From the human T2T-CHM13v2.0 reference genome, Homo sapiens: a DNA stretch of 64,000 bases. The stretch lies in assembly GCF_009914755.1 (NCBI RefSeq), contig NC_060931.1; one strand, written 5' to 3'. Below the pieces are notes generated by a model, which worked only from the letters and a program-made list of their open reading frames with translations, searched no databases and had not been told where the DNA came from. How positions within the stretch are numbered: position 1 is the first letter of the stretch; every line of letters starts with the position of its first letter. A program made the position numbers and the translations under genes. Of the stretch, positions 16,404-37,815 are shown in pieces.

Positions 16404-16700
16404 TTTTTTTTTTTTTTGAGATGGAGTTTTGCTCTTGTTGCCCAGGGTGCAGCGCAATGGCATGATCTCGGCTCACTGCAACTTCTACCTCCTGGGTTCA
16501 AGTGATTCTCCTGCTTCAGCCTCCTGAGTAGCTGGGATTACAGGTGCATGCCACCACGCCTGGCTAGTTTTTGTATTTTTAGTAGAGACGGGGTTTTACC
16601 ATGTTGCCCAGGCTGGTCTCAAACTCCTGACCTCAGGTGATCCTCCTGCCTTGGCCTCCCAAAGTGCTGGGATTACAGGTGTGAACCACTGCACCTGGCC
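16404..16700 (-). mobile_element. AluS
   Basis: Full antisense dimer. Confidence 0.9.
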
Positions 16701-16823
16701 GTCCACTCCCTTTTTTTGTCCTCACTCCTCTGCCTGCCCCCATGTGCCCTGCATCCCATGCTCCTTGCTGGTCCTTCTGTGTCGGGGAGCAGCATGGTGG
16801 AACCCCCCACTGCCTCTTCCTAG

Positions 16824-17258
<435 letters not shown>

Positions 17259-17275
17259 TCAGGGATCCATTCTAA

Positions 17276-17665
<390 letters not shown>

Positions 17666-17754
17666 TCAGTTGGCTTTTCTTAGGATCCTTAGAACCTGGC
17701 ATGTGCCTGGCCCAAGGAGGTGCTTGATCTAAATTCAGTTTTAAAACTGAATTC

Positions 17755-18087
17755 TGGCTGGGCACTGTGACTTACGTCCAGCACATAAGTCTGGGCATAA
17801 TCCTGACCTGTAATTCTAGTGCTTTGGGAAGCCGAAGCAGGAGGATCACTTGAGCCAGGAGTTGGAGACCAGCCTGGGCAACACAGTGAGACCCTCATCT
17901 CCACAAAGAATTTTAAAAATCAGTTGGGCATGGTGGTGCATGCCTATAGTCCCAGCTACTGGGGAGGCTGAGGTGGGAGGATCACTTGAGCCCAGGAGTT
18001 TAAGGCTGCAGGGAGCTGTGATCACACCCCACTGCACTCCAGCCTGGGTGACAGAGCAAGACCCTGTCTCTAAAAAAATTTAAAAAA
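17755..18087 (+). mobile_element. AluJ with a 30-bp internal insertion
   Basis: TSD aaaactgaattct / aaaattgaattct. Confidence 0.88.
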
Positions 18088-18189
18088 TTGAATTCTTTGA
18101 AAGATGACTTACTCTTTGCTTTCTTTTCGCCTAGAGATGAGACATCCCTAAGAGACACAAGGGTAGCCTGCTGTCAGGGGAGTATATGA

Positions 18190-18497
<308 letters not shown>

Positions 18498-19167
18498 TGA
18501 TTTTGGATTGTTGGGGAATGTGTTTGTATTATCAGTAGGGTAGATCCTTCTGGGAAGGGGTGTAGATATTGGGGGCTGGGGACAGGCAATGGAAACCTGC
18601 CCTCCTCTGGACAGCAATGTTGTGACCCAGTGGCAGGAGTGTTCCTTCATTCTGTGTCCCATCCCTTTCTTGTGGCCCTAGCATCCTGGGCACCCCATCA
18701 CATGAACCTCTTTGTACGGTCTAGCTTGGTGCCTCAAACATGCACACCAGGCCCGGCCCCCGGCAGCTGGCTACGCAGGCTTGGAGGAAGCCACCCGTCC
18801 TCGTCGGGGTCTGAGCTCCAAGCCATACTTGGTTCCCGTCTCCGCCCCACGGTGCCTCCTGCCAGCGCCTAATCGCTTCCATCTGCCCCACTGACTCACA
18901 GGGCTGTCAAGGTTCTAAAAATTTCCAAATTCCTCCCCACCCTGCCCTTCCAGGATATTTCTCCAGCTCAGGCCCTTCAGCAGCTCTACCCACCAGCTGC
19001 TCCTTCTCACGTGGGCACACGGAGTCAGGAAGTGAGTGGCAGAGAGGGGCTTCTCCGACAGGCTGTGCAGGAAAGGCCTCTGGACCCCTCTTCCCCTCAG
19101 AGGAGACTATGACAGCAGCAGAGAACATGAAAGTTGAAAAACGGGTCGAAGGAACCAAGGAGAAAAC

Positions 19168-19250
19168 CTATCCATTTTACAGACGGGGAAACTGAGATTC
19201 AGACCCAGTAGCAGACCAGGGTGGAGAATCCGGGCCTTGGGGCTCTGATC
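19168..19250 (-). mobile_element. MIR fragment
   Basis: ccattttacagacggggaaactgag. Confidence 0.6.
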
Positions 19251-19854
19251 TAGGGCTGTCCTCTGCTGGGAATCCCCTGTACACCCCCAGCTCTCCCTTT
19301 GGGCCTCAGGAAATGCAGCATCAGCCCTGGTCCTCCCTTCCCCGGGGAGCAGAGCCACTTGGTGACCAAAAGGGGTCTCTGTATACCTCCCACGCCCCTG
19401 GCCTCTGCCCAGCCTGCTTCCCCCTCCCCACTCTCCCCCAGGACATAGCCTGAAGAAGTGTTTGTACCTAAACAGTATTTCCAGGGCAACTTGCATTCCC
19501 CAGGGGGTGGGTGGTGAGAGGCTTGGGGGAGGAATTGCTCCAGCTGCCACAGGCCCTGTGACCCGCAGCCCCTCTCGGTTGACGGGACTTGGGGCCTGGA
19601 AGCTGGTCTCACCCTTGATGTTGGAGAGGGCCTGAGGATGGATGCATGAACCACCCGGCTTCCTTGTATAATGCATCCTTCATGGATGAAGTGTGTGAGT
19701 GGGTGGGGACAGAGCCCAGAAGTTTCCTGAGCCCAATGAGGAACAGCAGCCCCCAGGGTACCCCCTTTCTTCTCCTGCTCCTCAGGGAGAGTGTCAAAGC
19801 CGGGACCCCCATCCTGGCAGTCCCTCCCCCGCATACACTGCCTCTTTCGAAGAG

Positions 19855-20133
19855 TCAGAGTCTTGCTTTGTCCTCCAGGCTGGAGTGTGCTGGTACGATC
19901 ATAGCTCCCTGCAGCCTCAACCTCCTGGGCTCAGGTGATCCTCTCGCCTCAGCCTCCCCAGTAGCTGGGACTACAGGTGTGCACCACCACACCTGGCTAA
20001 TTAAAAATTTTTTTTTTTGCAGAGATGGAGGTATCGCTATGTTACCCAGGCTGGTCTCAAGATCCTGGGATCAAGCCATCCTCCCAGCCTCTGAAGGCGT
20101 GGGAATTACAGGCCAGAGCTACCGTGCCCGGCC
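19855..20133 (-). mobile_element. AluJ lacking an obvious tail
   Basis: atcatagctccctgcagcctcaacctcctgggctca. Confidence 0.85.
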
Positions 20134-20833
20134 TCCCTGTTATTTCTCGGATGAAATCCTGCCCTGTTGGTGACACTTTCCAGGCTATGGATGGCAGTGC
20201 CTGTCTACCCCTCCAGTCCTTCTTCCTGCCATACGTGCCACACAGCTGCTCACAGACAGTCCCCACCCCTGCCCCACTGCCAGGCCTCTACCTAGCCTCT
20301 TCCCCATTCAAGCCCAGCTAGAGGGTCAGGCTTCCTCCTCCAGGAAGGCCTCCTTGGGCTGCCAGAGAGAGCTGCTCACCACCCTGAACTGAACCACAGT
20401 GGCTCTCTGCCACCCCAGAGCAAACCCAGGGAGGGGCCCCTGCCACCCTGCCCCATGGCATGAGAGCCTGGACAGGGCCAGGAGCCCACATCCCACTGGC
20501 CTGGGCCAGTGGGGCCTTTGCAGAGATGTCCTCAGAGAGTGTCCAGGCCTGGGGCCATTCTGTGCTGGAGTTCTCCAAGGCCCTGGATGGAAAGAGACAA
20601 GGCAGAGTGGTCAGCCCCAGGCAGGTGGGAGGTCAGAGGGCATGTCTTAGAGTGGGTGGCGTGAAGAGAGCTGAGTGGCAGGAGAAGTATGACCAGGGAG
20701 GGAAAGCCTGGGCCCTCTGCCATGCATGAACCCCCGTTTTCTCCATTGAGTTGCCTTCCCCACCCCTAAGCCCCTTTACTCCTCCTCCTCACTGTCCCGC
20801 CTCATTGAGCCCCACCCTCTTGTTAAGTCCCGT

Positions 20834-20915
20834 CTCCCAACTCCCCCTCCCCCTCAGGCGCCCCCAACTCCCCCTCCCCCAACTCCCCTCCTCCTAACTC
20901 CCCTCCTTCTCCCCC
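20834..20915. repeat. C-rich ~15-bp minisatellite (cccccaactccccct)
   Basis: 4-5 imperfect units. Confidence 0.7.
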
Positions 20916-21294
20916 AGTGCCAGCTTGGCCCTCAGTCCCTCTGCTCCAGGTCCTGGGGCTGTGGCCTTTTCCCAGGATCTGACCTGGAGTCATGCACTTT
21001 CTGGGGAGACCTCCAGTTGCTCCCCCAGCCATGGCATGCCGGGAATGCAGCCCTACATATGCAGGCCCCCTTCAAGGCGGAAGAGGAGCTCGGGCTGGTG
21101 GACTTTCAAGGACTCATCAGAGAGCAAGCTCCGGCCCGGTCGGGCTGTCCTCCGGATCTGGCACCATCATAGGGGGGCTTGGCTGGGCGCCCAGGTGGGG
21201 AGAGGTCTCAGTGCTTGGATCCGGAATGAACCAGGGCTGGAATGTGCAGGGTCTGGCTGGGCCTCTGTCTCTCCCTTCACCCAAACCTCATTGA

Positions 21295-22255
<961 letters not shown>

Positions 22256-22677
22256 TCCTGGTCTGGGGGAACAGAGAATGAGGCAGAGAAAGAGAGAGGA
22301 ATGTATGCCCTGTGTCCCCCATTCCCCTGGGCTGGTCATGGGTCCCTAGCGCTCCGTGGAGACAGGCTATAGCCAGGTGCCCAAGCCAGAGCTTGGGTGA
22401 GAGAATGGACCCAGGAGGAAGCCCAGAGGGGCCTGGAATTTGCCTCCCCACAGGCTACTGAGGCCAACCCTCCCAAGGCCAGCCAAATATCTCCCTGCTC
22501 CTCCATGTGGCTCTGTCTCAGTGACTTCCTGGAGGTCCTGGCGCTGCACATGGGATGGAAGGACGGGCTGGACTCAGCTTCGTTGCTTCCTGCGCCTTGG
22601 CCCTGTGGTCACCCAGAGTTACCTGTGGCCAGCCAAGGGGAAAGGGCACACCATGGAACCCCCTGCTGTAGGTGTCC

Positions 22678-22780
22678 CTGTCCCCATTTTCCAGATGAGG
22701 AAAACTGAGGTTAGAAAGGTGGAGAAGTACCAGGGTGGAGTCAGGAGTGAAATTCTCCTGGGTCTGACACAAAGCTGGAG
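22678..22780 (-). mobile_element. MIR
   Basis: ccccattttccagatgaggaaaactgaggttaga. Confidence 0.7.
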
Positions 22781-24231
22781 CCCCGGGTGGCAGAGGCAGA
22801 CCCACCCACACTGAGCCTCAGAGACCCAGGTCTGGGGTGATGACTGCGTGGGGAGAGCATCTTGGAGCCCTGGAGGAGGGGGACAATGCATTTTCATAGA
22901 GGACCGCCACAGCCTTGCAGGGAGTGGGGAGAGCTGCCCCTACCAGAGGCTCAACTGCTGCCTCCGCCCTGTGCAAACCTGGCCCCTCCCTGCCAAGAGA
23001 CCCTGCTCCAAAATAACCTCCCCTCACCCATGGTCCAGCCCCAGGCTCCTGCTCTGAACCAAGGAACTCTTTGCACCTGACCTGGGAAGAACGGATTCCT
23101 CTGGGCCCAGGTGAGCCCACGGTGGGTGGGGACCTCGTACTCTCCTCCGACTCTCTTTCCTGGGCCGCCCACTTTGATGATCCAGTCTTCTCTTGTCACC
23201 CCTGATGGGGAGACAGGCCTTGCCCTGGGGGTTCTGATCTGAGGGAGGAGGTAGAGCTCTGGCCAGGAACCATGGTCTAAGGGGCATGGCCCTAGCCTGG
23301 GACGCTGGCCTTGGTGTGTGTGCACTAGTGAGGCTCGGGACACTTGGTTTTAGGGAGACACAGTCTTGCTCTGAAATGATGGTCTGACGGGGGAGGCACA
23401 GTCTTATCCTGGGAGCTCCAGGTTCATCCTGAAGTACTGGTCTGAGGGTGGGTGGGGGCGTGGCTTTGGTGGGGAACTGGGGGAGCTGGGGTTGGCAGTG
23501 GGAGGGAGTGGCTGGAGGCTGCTGACTTCTCTGTTCCTTGGCTGTTTGGGAGCTGGCTTCGAACTCCTGGCCCAGCCTGGGCTCTAGGCAGTGGGGATGG
23601 AGAGGGCCGGGCTCCCCCAACAAGGAAGAGGCTCATGGAGGGAAATAGGATCAGGGGTTTGGGGTGAGTGGCCTCGCTTGCCCCCGGACTCCTGGCCCTC
23701 CTTTTTTCCCTGGACACGGAGCAGGTGGCAGCCTTCCTCCGATGGCCCCACCCCAATTCTGCTGTCTGGGTCCCAGACGTGGCCTCAGTTTATGGGGTGA
23801 TGTTCCCTCCCTGGCCAGGCTGGCTGCCACTTCAGACATGAACGCCCCCAACCTCGCTGAGGCCGGAGAACACAGTCTGCCTCCCCCAGCCCCAGCCACC
23901 CCCGCCCTGCTAATCCTGAGTGAACGGTGAGGCCAAGAATATCCTGCCTACTCTGGCGGGCGGGCGAGCCACGAAGCCTGCTGGAAGGGCATGAATCATG
24001 GTCCCTGCCTGCCAAGTGCTCACTTGGGATGTGTTCGAGGCTGGCTGTGCCCGGAGTTGACGGGGAGAAGGAAAGGGAGGGGAGCTGGCGGCTGGGATGG
24101 GCAGACAGAGCCACTGTGAAGGGAGAGACGTCGGTTGGACCCATCCCTGGTGGCAACACAGAAATTATGTTATAGAATGTCAGGATCCTGGAATTCCCAA
24201 GTATGGACTTTTCTGTGTTCTGCAGGCCTGA

Positions 24232-25151
<920 letters not shown>

Positions 25152-25195
25152 CCACGGTCCATTTTCTCTCATTTAAAAATGTTTAAAAGTCCCTT

Positions 25196-25495
<300 letters not shown>

Positions 25496-25589
25496 TTAAA
25501 GACCCTTGTGAGGCCACGTTCAGTTCCACCCAGCTCTCTGTATCTCTTCCCAGCCAAGCTGCTTCAAAGAGTTGTCTACACTTTGTCTT

Positions 25590-25893
25590 TCTTTCTTTTT
25601 TTTTTTTTTTTTAGACAGAGTCTCGTTCTGCCACCCATGCTGAAGTGCAGTGGTGTGATCTCAGCTCACTGCAACCTCCAACTCCCAGACTTAAGTGATA
25701 CTCCTGCCTCGGCCTCCTGAGTAGCTGAGATTACAGGCGTTCACCACCACGTCCTGCTAATTTTTGTATTTTTAGTAAAGACAGGGTTTCACCATGTTGC
25801 CTAGGCTGGTCTCGAACTCCTGACCTCAGGTGATCCTCCCACCTCGGCCTCCCAAAGTGCTAGGATTACAGACGTGAGCCACCGTACCCAGCC
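25590..25893 (-). mobile_element. AluS followed by a duplicated 5' end
   Basis: Full dimer; extra aaagtgctgggattacaggcgtgagccacc at 25904-25940. Confidence 0.9.
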
Positions 25894-26257
25894 AGTCATC
25901 TACAAAGTGCTGGGATTACAGGCGTGAGCCACCGAGCCCAGTCAGAGTCATCTACACTTCTTATTCCTCACTTCCTTACGGCCCACTCTCTCCAGAACTC
26001 TCTCCAGCCTGGCTTTTGTCCCCAGTCCTCCCCGGACAGATGGACAGACGGAAGCTGCAGCAACTCTTGTTAATGAGCGGTCGCTCCTCCTCCCTGACAT
26101 GTGGTCCAAGCCACTGCGGAGCCTCTTGCTGCAAAGCCTCTGCCCGTGACAGTCTCTTCCTGCCTCTCTTCCAGAGCCTTCCTCTGATCTCCTCTTGCCC
26201 ATCCCTTTCGTGTAGGTGGCCCTCAGATCTCATCTCAGACCCTTTCTCGAAGTCTGT

Positions 26258-26605
26258 TTTTTAATTTTGTTTGTTTTTGTTTTTGTTTTGGTTTTTTTTT
26301 TTTTGTTTTTTTGTTTTTGTTTTGAGACAGGGTCTCACTCTGTTGCTCAGGCTGAAGTGCTGTGGCACGATCTCAGTTCACTGCAATCCCCACCTCCCAT
26401 GTTCAAGTGATTGTCATACCTCAGCCTCCTGGGTAGCTGGGATTACTGGCACACACCACCATGCCCGGCTAATTTTTGTATTTTTAGTAGAGACAAGGTT
26501 TCACCATGTTGGCCAGGCTGGTCTCGGCCTTCTGACCTCAAGTTATACACCTGCCTCGGCCTCCCAAAGTACTGGGATTACAGGCGTGAGCCCCCATGCC
26601 CGCCC
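26258..26605 (-). mobile_element. AluS with (TTTTG)n tail
   Basis: Full antisense dimer. Confidence 0.9.
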
Positions 26606-27267
26606 TCAAGGTCCTCTTTCTGAGCCATTCCTCCATCCTGTGGCTTGACACCACACTCTCCCTGGGTCACCAGCCTGGTCCTCAAAAGGGCTCCAGGCCA
26701 GCGTGTCCAGAACCAGGCTGACGCCTCCACCCGGGGACCCATAGGCCCACATACCCCTAAGTCCAGGGCTAACTGATCCCCCAGCCCTGTTCCTCCCCTC
26801 ATTGAGAGAAGGGCCCTGACACCTATCGAAGCACCCAGAGAGAGATGCTGGCATCATCGGAGGCTCCACCCTCCCCCTCTCCTCCACCCTCTGTCGCACT
26901 GGTAGACCAAGGCCAATCCACATGATCCACTGACTTCATTCTCTCCCTACTGCCACTGCCTTCATCCTAAGCTCATTCTATTTGGCTGGGGTATTGTAAC
27001 ATCCATGTCACCAGCTCCTGCGCCCTGCCCCTCCGGCTGGTTCTCCATAGGGAGCCAAAGGCTTGCATGAACTACTTCTCATGCAAACCTGACTGTGCCC
27101 CTCCTTAGCTCAGTGCCCTTCGCTGGCTCCCCACTGCCCTCCAGGTCCTGCCGGGCCCTCTGTGGTCTGGTCCTTTCCCATCTCTCCAGCCGGACGCAGG
27201 CCAATTCCCCCCCGACACCTTATGTCCTGTCCACCTCCCCGGGTTCATCACTCCCAACTATGCCTCA

Positions 27268-27927
<660 letters not shown>

Positions 27928-29444
27928 TTAGTCCTGTCTTTGGGGACCCTCCTGAGATGGCGCCATCTGAGTCCAGGCTGCACTCCCAGCCCTGGGCCCT
28001 GGAAGGTCCAAGTTCTCAATGTTTCTGAGCACTGGTAAGTATGGAAAAGTTTTGCTCCTCCGGGATTCTTAACTCCATGGGAGAGGTCAGGGTGGGTGGG
28101 GGCCTGGGAGCCAGGAGGGCTGGCAGCAGGGGGAGGGGAGGAGGAGGAGTCAGGGGACCAGACACTTGGCCGTGTCTCTGGTGGCAGCAGGGTCTTGGAG
28201 CCCAGAGAGGGGCATGAGACCTACCTTCTCACCCTGAGCCAGCCCTGCCCTGGAAGCCCAGGCCGGGAAACCAGGGGGTGGGGAAGCCAGGGGAGAGATG
28301 GAGTTTGTGCAACGGCATTCAATGTGTTTGCAAAAAAGGGGAAATGGAAAAAATGTTAATTTACTTTTGATGGTGCCCTGGGGGGTGGGGACATACATGA
28401 CTGTGGAGTCTCCAACTGCCACCCCGTTCAGCCCTGCTCTGGACACTCAAGGGAGGGAGGGAATGTGAGGGTGAAGGGTGAGATGTTCCAAATACCCTGT
28501 CCCTGAATCTCCCCCTTACACCCTGTCACTGAGCCAAATAATGCTCTGTCCATGAAGGAAGTCCGCTCAGGGCTTCTAGAACCACGTGCCTTTCAGCTGA
28601 GCAAAGGCTGCAGACCAAGGAAGTGGGACCAGCCGGCTCACTGCTTTTGTCCCCCCTAGGAGGGCCTGTGGCTCTAGAAAAGATCCCCAGCTGGGAGGTA
28701 CCAGCCCCTTCCAGCGTGGGGGGTCTTGAGCCTGGTATCACCTGAAACTCCCATGATCCTTGCCTCAGCCCCTGAGCCTGGACGCTGGGGTCCAGCCACG
28801 ACCTGGGTGCCAGGAGCCAGCTGACTTCTCAGCAGCTGTGTGGACTCCGTGGAATCATCTCCCTTCTTGGAGTCTCCGTGTCCTCCTTGGGAATGTGGAG
28901 GTTCCTTAGGAGGGAGTTCCCATTCCTGGGCTCAGGGGGATGTAGGACACCAGTGCTTGGCTGCAGAGAGGGGTGGGTGGGAGCTTTAGGTGGGAGGCGG
29001 GTGGGGAAGGGATGACCAGGGGCTCTGACTTCCCAGTCCCACCACTTAGAGCTGGAGGTTCTGGACTGCTCAGCCCCAGATCTCAGGACTGTTGACCTTC
29101 CTGTGCAATCTCTGCCCATCCCTTTACCTGTCACTTTTGGAGAGGTGACGGCAGGAACACAGTCCCTCGGCTCCTTCATGGTGATGGTTTTGGGTGGGAA
29201 CGGCTGGCAGGGCCTCTGTGCCTTGGAGCCACCTCAGCTGCCGCCACCTCACACCAATGTCACTCACTCAATGCACTCGCCGAGGTTCTTCTGACCTTAA
29301 GACAATGCTGTGGGTGCAGATCTTTTACATGGGAGGAGATGCCAGGAAGCATGGGTAAGAGAGGGAGGCAGGGAAAGGAATAAAAGCCAACAAAGGGTTT
29401 GCTAATGAGCAGTGGAGACCCAGTGCCCCAGGGACCTTCCAAAG

Positions 29445-29904
<460 letters not shown>

Positions 29905-30160
29905 TTAGCTTAGCCTGTCTTAAATGTGCTCAGAACACTTACATTAGCCTTCAGTTTGTCAAAATCATTGAGCGCAAAGCCTAGTTTGTAATAAAATGTT
30001 GAATTTCTCATGTAATTTATTGGATACTCTACTGAAATTGAAAAATGGGAGGGTTTTATGGGTACTTAAAGGACAGTTTCTACTGAATGCATATTGCTTT
30101 TGTCCCATCATAAAGTTGAAAAAATCATAAGTCAAACCATGGTAAGTCAGGGACCATGTG
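29905..30160. mobile_element. TcMar-Tigger fragment (MER47-like)
   Basis: gtgctcagaacacttacattagcc...gtcaaaccatggtaagtcagggaccatgtg|ta terminal repeat followed by TA. Confidence 0.75.
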
Positions 30161-30390
30161 TATACATTTTTTGGGTCCAGCTTTTTTCACTCAGTATAAT
30201 ATTTTTCGACATTCATGTATGATTCTGCATATATTTTGTTCTGAGTACTATCGCACTATATGGATATATCATCATTTATTTTCCACTCTTCTGGGTACGG
30301 ACATCTGGGCTGTGTACAGTTTTGTACTGTTAGGAATAAAGCTGCCTTGAATATTTGTGTTCAAGTGTTTGTGTAGATGTATATTTTTAA

Positions 30391-31172
<782 letters not shown>

Positions 31173-31196
31173 CCCTAATCATTTCCATTTTAGCCT

Positions 31197-31585
31197 TTGT
31201 ACAAAAGTTCTCCGAAGATGAATTTGGAAGAAAGAGACTATTCCAGTGAACAGTTTGCAAACCCAGAAGACACAGCCTTCAGTGTCAAAGAAGATGTGCA
31301 TTCCAGAGAACCAAGGGAGGGCTCAGGTTTTACAGCAAAAGTTCCCGCCCAGGTTCCCAATCGTGTTCGTTTATGCAAATGAAGGATTGAAACTTGCTTA
31401 GTTCTGATTGGTTGGTTCAGGTGAGCTCTGGAGTCCCAAAGTTGAACAGAGGCGGGAGTTTTTGAGGAGCATAGAGTGCCTCTAGTTAGCAAATGTCAAC
31501 TTGGCTCTATTTTAAATTTAGGCCCAGTTAGCCACTCAAGATCCATCTTGAAGCTTTGGCTCTATCAGGTTCACATTGGTTCACA
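31197..31585 (-). mobile_element. Solo LTR, LTR47-like
   Basis: Minus strand starts tgtgaacc...aagatggatcttgagtggctaactgggcctaaatttaaaatagagccaag; CCAAT and octamer present; ends ...gagaacttttgtaca. Confidence 0.65.
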
Positions 31586-31617
31586 AACCATTCTAATGGG
31601 AATATAGTGGTATATTG

Positions 31618-31621
<4 letters not shown>

Positions 31622-31654
<33 letters not shown>

Positions 31655-31929
31655 CGGATTCTCACTCTGTCGTTAGGCTGGAGTGCAGTGGTGCGATCTC
31701 AGCTCACTGCAACCTCTGATTCCCTGGTTCAAGTGATTCTCCTGCCTCTGCCTCCCGAGTAGCTGGGATTACAGGCAGGCACCACCATGCCCCGCTAATT
31801 TTTGTATTTTTAGTAGAGATGGGGTTTCACCATGTTGGCCAGGATGGTCTCAAACTCCTGACCTCATGATCCGCCCACCTCAGCCTCCCGAAGTGCTGGG
31901 ATTACAGGCGTAAGCCACCACTCCCGGCC
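31622..31929 (-). mobile_element. AluS with (CA)n microsatellite tail
   Basis: (TG)~15 at 31622-31652; TSD gtatattgag. Confidence 0.9.
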
Positions 31930-32069
31930 GTATATTGAGGTTTTAATTTGCATTTCCCCAATGACCAATGATGTTGAGTGCTTTCGAATGTATTTATTAA
32001 TGAATATTATAGATACTCATCATTTGTATATCAACTTTGGTAAAATGTCTTTTCAAGTTCTTTGTCCAT

Positions 32070-32378
<309 letters not shown>

Positions 32379-32908
32379 TTGTGGACTTTTTCTTGTTGAG
32401 GAAGTTTGCTTTCATTCTTAGTTGATTTTTTTAATCATAAAAGGAGCTGGGTGATGTCAAATGCTCTGTCAGCATCAACTGAAATGATCATGTGTGTGTG
32501 TGCTTTTTTTTTTCCCCTTCCTTTCATCCTATTCATGTGGTGTATTATATAGCTTGATTTTCATGTGTTGAACCACTCTTGCGTTCTGGGGAGAATTCAC
32601 ATTGGTCGTTGGTCATGGTGTAAAATTCTTTTAACATGCCGCAGACTTTGGTTTGCTAGTATTTTGTTGCATCTATACTCATGACAGATATGAATCTGTA
32701 GTTTTCTCATAGTGTCTTTCTCTGACTTTGGTATCAAGGTAATGCTGGCTTCATAGAATGAGTTGGGAAACATTCTCTCCTCTTGCAATTTTAGGAAGAG
32801 TTTAAGAAAAAATTGGCATTTTTTTTTTTATTCAAACGTTTGGTAGAATTCACCAATGAAGCGACCTTGTCCTAGGCTCTTCTTTGTTGAGAAGTTTACT
32901 ATTAATGA

Positions 32909-33735
<827 letters not shown>

Positions 33736-34051
33736 GTCCCTGCTTCTTGAACCCTAGTCTTCCTGTCTTCCCGAGAATTCCATGGGCTTGCTCTGCCAGG
33801 TCCTCCCTGCCCTTCTGAACTCTCATTTGTCCCTGTCTTGATTCTCCTGAAGCCCTGGATGGGCCTTCCCCCAAGACCCTTCTGGACTCCATCTATATTA
33901 CGGTTAGGCCATCACCTTAGCCATCTTATGCCCTTCTGAGGCTTTGACCGTCAGTCCAGTGAAGATGGCATCCAAGAGTCTCCATTCAGCCCTTTCTCAT
34001 TCTTTCTTCCTTCCTTCTGTCCTTCTCTCTTTTTCTTCCTTCTGTTCTTCT

Positions 34052-35272
<1,221 letters not shown>

Positions 35273-36169
35273 GTGCTACTCCCATTTTCTTACCTCCAGC
35301 AACCAAGCTGGATGGAGAACCCAAGCCCTGTCCCCGGCAGCTTTCGAATGTCTTAGAGAGCCTCCCCTCCTCTCCAGCTTCATGGCCTCCACTCTAGTTC
35401 AAGTCTCAGCATCATTCTTCAGCACTTGCCTCCTTGCCAGTCTCCTGACCTCCAGCCTCACCTTTGCTAACTAACTTGGCCTGAAGCTCCAGACATGGTC
35501 CCCAAAGCCAGCCCTGTGTGGCTGCCTTGGTGAGGCCACGCTCTCGAGGCCCTAGCTCTCGGGCCTGGGCTGAGGCTAAGTCAGCCCCAGGCACCGTTCC
35601 TTAGCACAATCATGCGTGGCAAACACACTTTGCATCTGGGGCGTGCAGACAGGTTTTTCAAGTTAGGAAATTGGAAGGGACTCCAGCGCCCATTTGCAGT
35701 TCAGAGCCGGCGAGATGCAGGAGTGTCCTTCTGTGTGAGCTCATCTTTCCTGGGGTGGCGGGGCTCAGGGCTGAGCGGGCTGGGGAGACGAGTTGGAAAA
35801 TTTCACACTCAGCCTCGCCACTTGGCCAGCTTCTGCGTGTTTGGCAGCTCAGGTGACTTGTGGTGGGGGCCCTCGATCAACACTTCCATCCCGTAAGTAC
35901 TGCCGGGGCTGGGGCCACCTCCAGATGGGTCACAAACGGGGGGCCTGGGGGGAACCCCCAGAGACAGACTCTAGTAGGAGGGGCTTATGCTGTTTTTGGG
36001 GAAAAGAGATTGACAAGGAAACAATGAGAGAACAAGATTAGAGGGACTTTTGGAGGGTGCAGGGAAGGTGTTATCAATTGTTTGACTTGGGTATGCTAAT
36101 TTATTTGTGCTGAAACGTGTCCACAACCCTTTGGAAGAAACACAGTAATACATCTCCAGTCAGGCGGTA

Positions 36170-36720
36170 CCTTATCATGGTTAAGAACACAGCTCTAGGC
36201 CTGGCGCGGTGGCTCATGCCTGTAATCCCAGCACTTTGGGAGGCTGAGGCAGGCGGATCACGAGGTCAGGAGATTGAGACCATCCTGGCTAACACAGTGA
36301 AACCCTGTCTCTACTAAAAACACAAAAAATTAGCCGGGCGTGGTGGCGGGCGCCTGTAGTCCCAGCTACTTGGGAGGCTGAGGCAGGAGAATGGCGTGCA
36401 CCCGGGAGGCGGAGGTTGCTGAGCCGGGATCACACCACTGCACTCCAGCCTGGGCGACAGAGCAAGACTCTGTCTCAAAGAAAAAAAAAAAAAAAAAAAA
36501 AAAGAGCACAGCTCTAGAGCCAGACTGTAGCCAGCTCTGACGCTTGCTAGCTGTGTGACCTCAGGCACATTGCTAAACCTCTCTGTGTTTCTATCTCCTC
36601 ATCTATAACATGGAGAGAATATCATCCCCCTACCTACCTACCTACCTACCATGTGGGTCATCAAACACATTCATACAAGTGAACCATTCATAACGGTCCC
36701 TGACACCTCCACAAATGTTT
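36170..36720 (+). mobile_element. MIR split by an AluY (36198-36503, plus)
   Basis: TSD aaga(a/g)cacagctctag; MIR core ctagctgtgtgacctcaggca...ctcatctataacatgg. Confidence 0.85.
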
Positions 36721-36734
36721 TCATCTTCATCATC

Positions 36735-37333
<599 letters not shown>

Positions 37334-37356
37334 AGGCATAATCATTATGATACTGA

Positions 37357-37815
<459 letters not shown>

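Noticed and set aside
35700-35892. Possible exon ending in ccc|gtaagt
   Set aside because: Weak acceptor; no coding signal.
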